A stretch of DNA of 64,000 nucleotides from a virus. Where the stretch lies: positions 1 to 64,000 of the IMG/VR virus record IMGVR_UViG_3300029787_000005. One strand, 5' to 3'. The notes under the pieces are model-generated. The model ran no database searches and was not told the DNA's origin. It saw only the letters and a program-made list of their open reading frames with translations. Shown piece after piece: positions 37,133 through 45,397 of the stretch. The stretch's first letter is position 1, and each line of letters opens with the position of its first letter. The position numbers and the translations under genes were made by a program.

Positions 37133-38066
37133 GAGCTTTCTCTAAAGCACGAGTCTTTAGCTGCTTGTTAGATCCGTAGAAGTTAGAGATCAAACGAGAC
37201 TCTTGAGACTTACCGATCTCATGATCGACTAAGTAAGTAGCAGCATTAAGAGCCTGCCACCATGTACCTTTAGCATATTCTGCTCCAGGCTGTGTCTCAA
37301 GTACTTCAAAAGCTCTCAAAGCATTCTTAGAAGACTTCTTATCTTCTGTCTTCTTAGAGTAGCCAGGAAACACTTCATCGAAGTAGTCTGCTACAATTTC
37401 ATCCTTGTAAGACCTAGTGCCTAAGAACTGAGCCATTGATTTGAAGGATTCCATTTTATCAGCAGCTAGACCAAGAAGTTCTTTAGCTAGATCAGCATCA
37501 AAAGCACGACGATGATTGAATCGAACCTTATTCTTAGAAGGACCTTGTAGTGCAACATTTATAGTATTGTTACATACAACCCTAGTAAGAGTTTGTTGGA
37601 TATCAATTCCACGACCATAAATGTGTGGGTTAGAGAAAAGTAGATATCCTTCGATGGAATCACCACCGAACAACTCAAAGGTATCAGTCATCTTAGCCAA
37701 AGCCCAGACCCACTGTCCACCTTTCAATGAACCAGCAGTTTCCATTCTCATGGCTCCAACTTCACAGAACTCATTAAAGAACTCGAAAGCCTCAGAATTC
37801 TGTACTGGATTCCAATCACCAGTGATAATTGTAAGAGGCTTAGCATCAGTCTCACGAATCAGCATCTTATGACCTGACTCAATTCGATTGCCATTGAACT
37901 CTGCATACACAGGACGCTCAATAACATCCCAATCAAGACCAGCAGCTTTTTGAAATTCTGCAGGACTAAGATTCTCTTCAACCTTAACACCTAGACCATG
38001 CCATGGAACTTCTCCAGTGTAGGCCATTTGTGCTTCGCCATTTACTACTTCTAAATTATGTGACAT
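37116..38066 (-). CDS. DUF932 / phage-plasmid-like protein (TIGR03299-like)
   Basis: PWHGLG, AGLDW.V, VQN..AF.F, ETAGSL..G..VW.LA, RVVCNNT, GT.W...NA.T..VDH. Confidence 0.85.
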   Translation of the reverse strand: MSHNLEVVNGEAQMAYTGEVPWHGLGVKVEENLSPAEFQKAAGLDWDVIERPVYAEFNGNRIESGHKMLIRETDAKPLTIITGDWNPVQNSEAFEFFNEFCEVGAMRMETAGSLKGGQWVWALAKMTDTFELFGGDSIEGYLLFSNPHIYGRGIDIQQTLTRVVCNNTINVALQGPSKNKVRFNHRRAFDADLAKELLGLAADKMESFKSMAQFLGTRSYKDEIVADYFDEVFPGYSKKTEDKKSSKNALRAFEVLETQPGAEYAKGTWWQALNAATYLVDHEIGKSQESRLISNFYGSNKQLKTRALEKALEYAS

Positions 38067-38097
38067 TTAAGTCTCCTATCTGTGTTTTCATTCTCTT

Positions 38098-38125
38098 ATT
38101 ATACACGTTATTCACTTTCGGTCAA
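38098..38125 (-). promoter_or_regulatory. sigma70-like early promoter
   Basis: Minus-strand TTGACC-N16-TATAAT. Confidence 0.65.
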
Positions 38126-38134
38126 CAGCTAAAT

Positions 38135-38560
38135 CTACTCCCTCCATTCTTTTTCAAAAACTTCAAGAAGAGCAGCATTGCACTCCTTACCATAATCGGT
38201 AAAGAGAACACCGTGCTCCCAGAAGAAGTGATCGATGTCTTGTGAATGGTCGATTTGACGACCATCCTGAATCAACCACCTAAGAGCGGTGATCTCATCA
38301 CCAGCACCATTCTCAATGGTGCGAGCAATAAGCCGCTTGAACTCAACAAGCTGCTGAGCTTCATGGTCAGCAGCAGCTTGGTCTGCCTCTTCCATCTCAG
38401 CAATGAGACCGTCCCAGATGGCTTGCTTGCCATCATTGTCGGCATTGTCCCACTTATCGCAGAACCAGTTACCAGGACGAGGACGAAATCCTCGTGCTTC
38501 TTTGTGAAGGTCTGAAATAATGGTCTCATCAAATGTATATGTCATATCTGCTCTCCTCAT
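38135..38560 (-). CDS. hypothetical early phage protein
   Basis: SDLHK.A.GFRP motif; GAGGAGAG RBS. Confidence 0.75.
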   Translation of the reverse strand: MRRADMTYTFDETIISDLHKEARGFRPRPGNWFCDKWDNADNDGKQAIWDGLIAEMEEADQAAADHEAQQLVEFKRLIARTIENGAGDEITALRWLIQDGRQIDHSQDIDHFFWEHGVLFTDYGKECNAALLEVFEKEWRE

Positions 38561-38569
38561 TATTAATAT

Positions 38570-38598
38570 AGTATACTACCGATTATCAAAAAGGTCAA
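38570..38598 (-). promoter_or_regulatory. sigma70-like early promoter (divergent pair)
   Basis: Minus-strand TTGACC-N17-TATACT. Confidence 0.75.
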
Positions 38599-38643
38599 CA
38601 CTAAAAAACAATTATTTTAAAAAAAAGTTTTTGAAAAAAGTTG

Positions 38644-38672
38644 TTGACCCTGTTTCAATTATGATGTATACT
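38644..38672 (+). promoter_or_regulatory. sigma70-like early promoter (divergent pair)
   Basis: TTGACC-N17-TATACT with an upstream A-tract. Confidence 0.8.
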
Positions 38673-38692
38673 AAGGTATGAGAGGAAATCAA

Positions 38693-38842
38693 ATGAAATA
38701 TAACTTCGAAGATCACCATGAAATTCCACACACATTAGCTAGTTACATTGTAATGTGTGCGGATGCGCATTCAGTTCATCAGATTCCACTAGATGAAATA
38801 AATGAGTTCTTAAACGAGATGGAGGAGCATTTCTATGAGTAA
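38693..38842 (+). CDS. hypothetical protein (49 aa)
   Basis: GAGAGGA RBS; MKYNFEDHHEIP..., read by hand. Confidence 0.55.
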   Translation: MKYNFEDHHEIPHTLASYIVMCADAHSVHQIPLDEINEFLNEMEEHFYE

Positions 38843-39077
38843 ACGACCTTTAGAGTTCAAAATTGACGTTCTTGCAATGTATGAGAACAACTATATCACA
38901 GCAAAGCAGGCTTTCAGGATTGCTTGTAAAAAGTTCAATCAGAAGCCTTCTGGATGCATGACTAAATACGCTGGAAGCTATATTAGAGACTACCAGAACG
39001 AGATCAAAGCTAAATTGTTCGATAAAGATGGCCGAACAATGCTGCTATGTAAAGAGAATGGATTGTATGGGTTTTAA
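38835..39077 (+). CDS. hypothetical protein
   Basis: 80-aa ORF with GGAGGAG RBS. Confidence 0.65.
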   Translation: MSKRPLEFKIDVLAMYENNYITAKQAFRIACKKFNQKPSGCMTKYAGSYIRDYQNEIKAKLFDKDGRTMLLCKENGLYGF

Positions 39078-40104
39078 GTTTTACAAAAAAGATATCCCAG
39101 ACTGTGATACAGTTGACTCTTTCATCAGACGAGAAACTGATATTGAAGAAAGAGTCAACCACGTAAAAAGAGCCTGGGCATGGCCACATAAGATATACAG
39201 ACTGGAAATGAATCTTCCAGTCAGTAACTTACAGACTGCTGTTGAAGCAGCTTTTGGTATGTATGGGTGGCATGGATTCTTGATAGCAAACTTTGGTGAA
39301 GGATACGGAGCATCAGATCTCCGTAGCCAAAGACTTGGTGGATTATCTATTACATACAACCCAGATTTCAAACAATCAGATATCAATATAAACTGTCAGA
39401 CACTAGGTAACAGGAAGTTCAATCTTCCACCAGAGATGTATGCTGGTAAAAGAGGCAATGAGATATTTGAACAAGTCAATATAAAAGACTTGCGTGTTGA
39501 GTTCTTTGACAAAGTAAACAATCACGGAGCTGGTGAAGCCTGGGACTTTTTATACAGTAAAGATATAATCACACATGAGGTGTGGTCAAAAGAGAGACCT
39601 TATTATCATCAATGGAAGTATAATCCAGCCGCAAAGAACCAAACCGGTAAGAACACCTATAGCGATGCTCTCGGATTTAATAGATTGACACCGGCTTGTG
39701 AATCTGGCTACCTTGGGGAAGTGTTCAGTCAGATACCTAGAACAATAGTTCGCGGTCGTATTGTGGAGATGAAGTCTGGTGATTTGCATTGGCATCGTGA
39801 CGAATCCTTCTATATGAACTTTCGTATTAACATTCCTTTGTACTTGGATAAAACAGCATACATAGCAACTGAAGATGAACAAATGCTTATGCATCCTGGC
39901 TATATGTATCATTTTGATACGGGACAACCGCATGCTGTTATAAGAAAAAAAGGTAAAATAACCAAAAGAATTAACATTATTTTGGGTGTCAGTCCTTGGT
40001 TTGATTGGAATGATGAAGACCAATCTTGGGAACAGAATGAGTTCTATGGAAAGATACATCCAGTAGAAATGTTTCATGAAGGATTGCTTGTTGACTTTGT
40101 ATGA
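39067..40104 (+). CDS. hypothetical protein with C-terminal Asp/Asn beta-hydroxylase-like Fe(II) oxygenase domain
   Basis: R.R...M....L.WHRD....RI.IPL ... Y.FDT..PH.V. Confidence 0.6.
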   Translation: MGFKFYKKDIPDCDTVDSFIRRETDIEERVNHVKRAWAWPHKIYRLEMNLPVSNLQTAVEAAFGMYGWHGFLIANFGEGYGASDLRSQRLGGLSITYNPDFKQSDININCQTLGNRKFNLPPEMYAGKRGNEIFEQVNIKDLRVEFFDKVNNHGAGEAWDFLYSKDIITHEVWSKERPYYHQWKYNPAAKNQTGKNTYSDALGFNRLTPACESGYLGEVFSQIPRTIVRGRIVEMKSGDLHWHRDESFYMNFRINIPLYLDKTAYIATEDEQMLMHPGYMYHFDTGQPHAVIRKKGKITKRINIILGVSPWFDWNDEDQSWEQNEFYGKIHPVEMFHEGLLVDFV

Positions 40105-40113
40105 TATGTAATG

Positions 40114-40121
40114 TATAAATA
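40114..40121 (+). promoter_or_regulatory. T4-type late promoter
   Basis: TATAAATA just upstream of the tmRNA. Confidence 0.7.
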
Positions 40122-40127
40122 TAACGT

Positions 40128-40378
40128 AATGTTGAAGAGGAGCAAAAGCTATGCAGGACCAGGGTGCAAATCCCTGCACCTCCACCAAAAGTTCATCATG
40201 GTGAATTTCTGGGGGGTGTGTTAGGATCGACTGGTAGTAAATAGCAAATTGGAGTTACGAGGTTGATCGCTTAATAGATCAAAAAAGTAAATGCTAACGA
40301 TAATGTAGCATCTGATAATTTTGCTCTTGCAGCATAATTGATCGGGGTCCGGAGGTACCTGGCAACAGAAACCTCCAC
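40128..40378 (+). ncRNA. ssrA: circularly permuted (two-piece) tmRNA, alphaproteobacterial type
   Basis: Acceptor piece first: T-arm CAGGG-TGCAAAT-CCCTG, then CACCTCC-ACCA ending at 40187. After a spacer, 5' piece GGGGGTG at 40212 gives a G3.U70 Ala identity pair, followed by GGATCGAC. Tag ORF 40293-40337 reads ANDNVASDNFALAA*. Outer ends are approximate. Confidence 0.92.
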
Positions 40379-40396
40379 TTAATTAGGAGGAGAGAT

Positions 40397-40747
40397 ATGG
40401 TAGCAAGTCCAATAGAACTAACAGACAGCGCTAAAAATTATCTTCAAGACGCAGCTATAAATAGTGGCAAACAGTATGTCTGGTTTGGTGTAGAAGGTGG
40501 AGGATGTAGTGGATTTCAATACGCTTGGAAGTTTATTGATGATCCAGATCCTTCAGATTATAAAATGAATATTGGTAATGATCCATCTGACATGAGAGAA
40601 CTGTTCTTTGTAATTGATGTAGTTAGTGAGATGCATGTACTTGGTTCAACAATTGATTATGTTCAAGAACTTGGTGGTTCATTTCTCAAAGTTATTAATC
40701 CTTTGGCAACAGCAGGTTGTGGATGTGGAGAGAGCTTTAGTGTATGA
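40397..40747 (+). CDS. iscA: A-type Fe-S carrier (IscA/SufA/HesB)
   Basis: GGGCSGFQY, G..IDY, NP.A...CGCGESF. Confidence 0.93.
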   Translation: MVASPIELTDSAKNYLQDAAINSGKQYVWFGVEGGGCSGFQYAWKFIDDPDPSDYKMNIGNDPSDMRELFFVIDVVSEMHVLGSTIDYVQELGGSFLKVINPLATAGCGCGESFSV

Positions 40748-41547
40748 TAACAATTAATTGGAAGGGCAAGATAGGTTATGGTGACATAATCTCGCCTCTT
40801 TGTTATGCTCATAATATGGCACAAAAGAACTGTGATGACGTCACCTTACATATGCACTGGATGCACAAACGAGGTGAGAAGTTTAAACCAGAAGATGCAG
40901 ATACATTAGACGTTAAGTTTAAATATTTGTGGTCTATATGTAAACCTATAAACTATCATCAAGTTCATCTTAAACAATCATTTGGTAAAGAGATAAACTA
41001 TAACCATGACAATTATGATGATGAATCAAATTTTCATAATCTGTGGTGGTCAAGAATAAAGAATCTCTCTATCAATAAACCATATGTTGTACTTAATACT
41101 ACAGCATCACACAAACAACAGTTCGAAGAATATGATCCGGGGAAACAATGGAAGGATCCAGTTGGACTAGACAAATGGAGACAAATTGAAAACCTTATTC
41201 AAACAAAGTGGGGCATGGATGTGGTCCATTGTGACTACACCGATGCCATTGCGGATGCGGTTGATAAATATAAGAAGGCATTTTTGGCTGTAGGTTATCA
41301 CGGATCTACTGCATGGGTGGCAAGGTATGTCAGAACACCTATGCTATTGTATTCAACAAAGAAGATTACTAAGAAGGCGTTTCCTTGGGCACTGGTAAAG
41401 TCCAAGTATGAGCACGGTGACTTCGAGTCTATAAACCCTTATGAAATAAGAGAGAAGGGTATAGAACGGATAAGAGAATTGGAGAAACAACTTGAAATAT
41501 ACCTCAACACTCCCAATATTCATAGGTTACGAGGAAAGAGAACATGA
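40744..41547 (+). CDS. glycosyltransferase-like hypothetical protein
   Basis: GYGD N-terminal motif and VGYHGSTAW.A (GT-B/GT9-like); clustered with two GTs. Confidence 0.45.
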   Translation: MITINWKGKIGYGDIISPLCYAHNMAQKNCDDVTLHMHWMHKRGEKFKPEDADTLDVKFKYLWSICKPINYHQVHLKQSFGKEINYNHDNYDDESNFHNLWWSRIKNLSINKPYVVLNTTASHKQQFEEYDPGKQWKDPVGLDKWRQIENLIQTKWGMDVVHCDYTDAIADAVDKYKKAFLAVGYHGSTAWVARYVRTPMLLYSTKKITKKAFPWALVKSKYEHGDFESINPYEIREKGIERIRELEKQLEIYLNTPNIHRLRGKRT

Positions 41548-42259
41548 TGCATACGAGGTATGTAGGTTCTCAATAGAATATCAAAACCGACGAAGAAAAG
41601 AAACAGGAACTTGGGCATGGGATGATCATCCAGATATTATCCAGCTAAGATCAAAAAGCATACCTGAATACAATCGTAATCATGGTGAACCTCAATCCAC
41701 CGACTTCACATTTACTAGATTCTGGGTTCCATATATGTGTGACTTCACGGGATTTAGTATGTTTGTTGATTGTGACTTCTTATTCTTATCATCACCATAT
41801 GAACTTATCAATGAGATTGATACAAGTAAAGCTGTCAGTGTAGTACAACATCCAGAGTATATTCCTCTTGGTGATATCAAGATGGATGGTATTGCTCAGC
41901 ATAGATCGTTCAGAAAGAACTGGGCTTCATTAATGATTTTCAACAACGAACATCCAAAGAATCAAATACTGAAACCTGACTATCTTAATGATCATTTACC
42001 AGGTTTAGACTTTCATCATCTTAAATGGTTAGATGATGATGACATTGGTTCACTACCTATGGAGTGGAATTGTTTAGATCAATACTATCATTTGGCTGAT
42101 CCAAAAGCAATACATTATACAGAAGGTGGTCCTTGGTTTATCGATATGGAAGCAGAGAAGACACATCCGTTTCACAATACGAGATACGGACAAGAATGGG
42201 TAAAATATAAAGATAGGTTTGATCAAAATGATATATCTCATCACACCACAGACGTATAA
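41492..42259 (+). CDS. GT-A glycosyltransferase (GT8-like)
   Basis: IFIGY..RE, STDFTFTRF.VP, FVDCD, RKNWAS, LP.EWN, IHYTEGGPW. Confidence 0.85.
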   Translation: MKYTSTLPIFIGYEEREHDAYEVCRFSIEYQNRRRKETGTWAWDDHPDIIQLRSKSIPEYNRNHGEPQSTDFTFTRFWVPYMCDFTGFSMFVDCDFLFLSSPYELINEIDTSKAVSVVQHPEYIPLGDIKMDGIAQHRSFRKNWASLMIFNNEHPKNQILKPDYLNDHLPGLDFHHLKWLDDDDIGSLPMEWNCLDQYYHLADPKAIHYTEGGPWFIDMEAEKTHPFHNTRYGQEWVKYKDRFDQNDISHHTTDV

Positions 42260-43086
42260 TGATGGATGAATCTGATGAGTGGTTTGATGATGTATCGTGG
42301 AACTTTAATGATACAAATGACATCACAATATCACTAACATATTATGGTCAAGTAGATAAGTTAATACACCACTGTGAGTTCTTTTCTGGTATGACTGACT
42401 GGTTAAAGAACCACATTACAGTACAGTTTATTAATGATGCTGCTCCAGATCAAGGTATATTTGAAGACATATGTCATGCTTATAAAAACAGATTCAAACT
42501 GAAATCTTACACTATAAAACAAGATATTGGATTCAATAATCATGGTTGTAGGAATCTTGCAATGCTACAATCTGAGACTCATTGGAACTGGTTGATTGAT
42601 ATAGACGTGTTCTTTAATGAAGAATTGCTACAAGCAATGACAAGTACTCACCTAGAGAACAATCAATTTTATGTGTTCAAAGTACGGTTTGACCACTATG
42701 ATAACCCAGAAGACTATGAGTTATTTGATGAGAAAAAGCTATTGAAATGGGTTGCACACCCTAATGTTTGGCTGATAAACAAGCCATGTTTCTGGTCTAC
42801 TGGTGGATATGATATGGAATTTGCTGGTATGAGACATGGTGATAAAGAGTTTTTTGAGGCTATTGATAAGAAAAAATACGAACATTTTCTCTTCCATCCA
42901 TACCTTGAAGAGGAGTATGATATCCATGTACAGATGCCAAATAGGACAAAGTCTTATTTGAACCAGATAACTGAGCATGTAGGTTATTTACAAAAATGTG
43001 TTGACTTTGTCAAGAAAAGGAACGATAATAAAGAACGTAAGCACAAGAAGCGCTTACTTTGTTTTGATTGGCAAAGGAATGTATAA
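42259..43086 (+). CDS. GT-A glycosyltransferase (GT2/GT7-like)
   Basis: INDA, CRNL, DID, GGYD.EF.G...GD.EF. Confidence 0.8.
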   Translation: MMDESDEWFDDVSWNFNDTNDITISLTYYGQVDKLIHHCEFFSGMTDWLKNHITVQFINDAAPDQGIFEDICHAYKNRFKLKSYTIKQDIGFNNHGCRNLAMLQSETHWNWLIDIDVFFNEELLQAMTSTHLENNQFYVFKVRFDHYDNPEDYELFDEKKLLKWVAHPNVWLINKPCFWSTGGYDMEFAGMRHGDKEFFEAIDKKKYEHFLFHPYLEEEYDIHVQMPNRTKSYLNQITEHVGYLQKCVDFVKKRNDNKERKHKKRLLCFDWQRNV

Positions 43087-43625
43087 TGTTGAAGAGAGTG
43101 ACAATCGTGACTGCATTAGGTGTTACTTTGTGGTCTGGAGCATTAGTATCAGCTAGTGAGCCGATTACAGATGCAGAACACAAAGAACGATTCTGTATGG
43201 CAGAGGCTTTGTTCTTTGAAACTGGCAACCAGCCTATGATAGGAATATTAGGTGCTGCTGAAGTTATATTGAATAGAGTTAAGAGTGAGAAATGGCCTAA
43301 CACTGTATGCGGAGTTGTACATCAAGGTCCAATTAATAAGTGGTGGAAGAAACGAGGTAAGATAGTTCCTGTCAAATGGAAGTGTCAGTTCACATATTAT
43401 TGTGATGGCAAAAGTGATGATGTATCTAATATTGTTGGTACTAAGACTTGGGCTAAAGTTATCAAAGCTGTAAACTTTATTTACAGTCAGTTTGGAAAGT
43501 TACAACGTGATGGTATATCAATTACTAATGGTGCCACTCACTATCATACAACACAAGTTAATCCAAGATGGGGACAACTATTGGAACATACAATTACAAT
43601 TCAAGATCATAAGTTTTTTCGATGA
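43086..43625 (+). CDS. SleB-like cell wall hydrolase (Hydrolase_2)
   Basis: C.A..LFFE, V.LNRV....P.TVC.VV.Q, CQF..YCDGK, T.GATHYH, H.F. Confidence 0.9.
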   Translation: MLKRVTIVTALGVTLWSGALVSASEPITDAEHKERFCMAEALFFETGNQPMIGILGAAEVILNRVKSEKWPNTVCGVVHQGPINKWWKKRGKIVPVKWKCQFTYYCDGKSDDVSNIVGTKTWAKVIKAVNFIYSQFGKLQRDGISITNGATHYHTTQVNPRWGQLLEHTITIQDHKFFR

Positions 43626-43858
43626 TAGAGTTAAAGATAAATACTCCATCTCAGTTCGCTATGGAAATTGAAAAGATAGTCAAAGAAAAATCTATTGAGT
43701 ATCTTGATGCTGTAATGTACTACGTTGAGAAGAATGGTATAGAGGTTGAGACTGCTGCTTCGTTAATAAAGAGTAGTCAAATTCTAAAAGCTAAGATTGC
43801 AACAGAAGCTGAAGACCTTCGGCTTCTAAAAACAAAAGGAGCTCGCTTACCATTATGA
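43622..43858 (+). CDS. late promoter transcription co-activator gp33
   Basis: F..EIE..V......Y.DA...Y.E.N.IE.E.....I...LK.K...EA..L..L.....LP; precedes gp59. Confidence 0.85.
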   Translation: MIELKINTPSQFAMEIEKIVKEKSIEYLDAVMYYVEKNGIEVETAASLIKSSQILKAKIATEAEDLRLLKTKGARLPL

Positions 43859-44433
43859 ATGCTCATGAAACATATCAGAAATATATGGCATTGAAAAGAC
43901 ACTTCACGTCAGATTATGATATTTTCAAGTACAATGGCAAAGTAAAAAATACAGAACACTCTAGGTTTGAAGTTAGAAGAGACAAGATGTTCTTTCATAA
44001 GTTATCTAAGTTAAAGAACCCAGATGACTTTATGTTAGCTAATATGTTGCAGAACATTAACTTCTGGCCTGGTGATATAAACAATATGGAGACTCATGCT
44101 GTCTATGCTAACTGGCAAAAGAGACAACAGAGTATGTCATATATGTTCAAACAAGACCTCATGAAGTTGAAAGATTCATATGATGAGAATATTTTAACTA
44201 AGGGTGATACACATCCTTATCTAATGAGGTTAGTTATTAGAGAAGATGTTGGCGTCGAGACTATGATAGTTATGAATGAACTAACACCCTTCTTTGATTA
44301 CTGGACCAAAAAACTTGGTCTGGATATGGTCTGGCAAGACCTACAGAAGAAAGCTGAGAAATATAAGCCTTTCTTTATAAATACTGTTGACTTATCTAAG
44401 TATAAGTCGTATATTATGGAACGCTTTGAATAA
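43855..44433 (+). CDS. helicase loader gp59
   Basis: Y..Y.ALK.HF...YD..KY.GK, F..R.D..FF.KL, ET. Confidence 0.9.
   Translation: MNAHETYQKYMALKRHFTSDYDIFKYNGKVKNTEHSRFEVRRDKMFFHKLSKLKNPDDFMLANMLQNINFWPGDINNMETHAVYANWQKRQQSMSYMFKQDLMKLKDSYDENILTKGDTHPYLMRLVIREDVGVETMIVMNELTPFFDYWTKKLGLDMVWQDLQKKAEKYKPFFINTVDLSKYKSYIMERFE
44376..44415 (+). promoter_or_regulatory. tandem late (TATAAATA 44376) and sigma70-like (TTGACT-N17-TATATT) promoters for gp32
   Basis: Both motifs are visible upstream of gp32. Confidence 0.6.
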
Positions 44434-44472
44434 AACGTATACATCGCATATATCGCACATAAGGAGAAACAT

Positions 44473-45378
44473 ATGTCGCTTGCACAATGGAAGAAGAAGA
44501 ACTCTACGTCTAATATAGATAAATTGACTGAAGAGTTAAGTAAACTCACTGATAAAGGTCCACGTCGTGATGACGATGGGTTCTGGAAACCTGAAGTTGA
44601 TAAGTCTGGTAATGGCTCTGCTATTATTAGGTTCTTACCATCTCCAGATTCAGATGTACCTTTTGTACGTATCTGGGATCATGGATTCCAAGGTCCTGGT
44701 GGATGGTTTATTGAGAAATCACTAACCACTATCAATCAAGCCTGTCCTATTTCTGAGTATAACTCTATGCTGTGGAACTCTGGAACAGAAGCTGATAAGA
44801 CGTTTGTTCGTACTAAGACTAAACGTCGACTATCCTTTATCTCTAATATAGTTGTGATTAAGGATCCTTCACGACCTGAGAATGAAGGGCAAGTATTCTT
44901 GTATAAGTTTGGCAAGAAAATCTTTGATAAGATCAATGATGCTGCTATGCCTGAGTTTGATGATGAGGAAAAGGTTGATGCATTCTCTCTTGGAGAAGGT
45001 GCTAACTTTAGACTCAAGATTCGTAATGTAGAAGGATATCGTAACTATGATAAGTCTGAGTTTGATTCACCTTCTGAAATTCCAGAAGACGACTTAGAAG
45101 GTATCTACAATCAATTGAAGCCTTTACAAGAACTTGTAGATCCTAAGAACTTTAAGTCTTACGATGAACTTAAAACAAAGCTCTATAGAGTTCTTGCTTT
45201 AGGTGGTGGTGAGACTGCTAATACAATAACTGCTGATGAGTTGTCTGAAGTTAAACAGGCTCCTGCACCAGCAGCAGCACCATCACAACCAGCTGCTGCG
45301 TCAGCTCCATGGGATGAACAATCCAATGATGATGACGACGATGGTCTATCTTTCTTTAAGAAGCTGGCAGACGAATAG
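44473..45378 (+). CDS. single-stranded DNA-binding protein gp32
   Basis: FWKP..DK.GNG.A.IRFLP, H.FQGPGGW.IE, YKFGKKIFDKI, NYDKSEF, acidic tail. Confidence 0.97.
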   Translation: MSLAQWKKKNSTSNIDKLTEELSKLTDKGPRRDDDGFWKPEVDKSGNGSAIIRFLPSPDSDVPFVRIWDHGFQGPGGWFIEKSLTTINQACPISEYNSMLWNSGTEADKTFVRTKTKRRLSFISNIVVIKDPSRPENEGQVFLYKFGKKIFDKINDAAMPEFDDEEKVDAFSLGEGANFRLKIRNVEGYRNYDKSEFDSPSEIPEDDLEGIYNQLKPLQELVDPKNFKSYDELKTKLYRVLALGGGETANTITADELSEVKQAPAPAAAPSQPAAASAPWDEQSNDDDDDGLSFFKKLADE

Positions 45379-45397
45379 TCAACTGATGGTATGGGGC

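Noticed and set aside
40153-40187. tRNA-like T-arm and CCA end, a possible tRNA gene
   Set aside because: No D or anticodon arm upstream; the matching 5' acceptor strand lies downstream, so this is the acceptor piece of a permuted tmRNA
39586-40188. 200-aa minus-strand ORF and many other antisense ORFs in the track (e.g. 33076-33543, 7813-8280, 2934-3404)
   Set aside because: Shadow frames opposite well-supported genes or the tmRNA, with no recognisable motifs
44434-44472. ATCGCA repeat in the gp32 leader as an autoregulatory element
   Set aside because: Only two 6-mers; too short to support by eye
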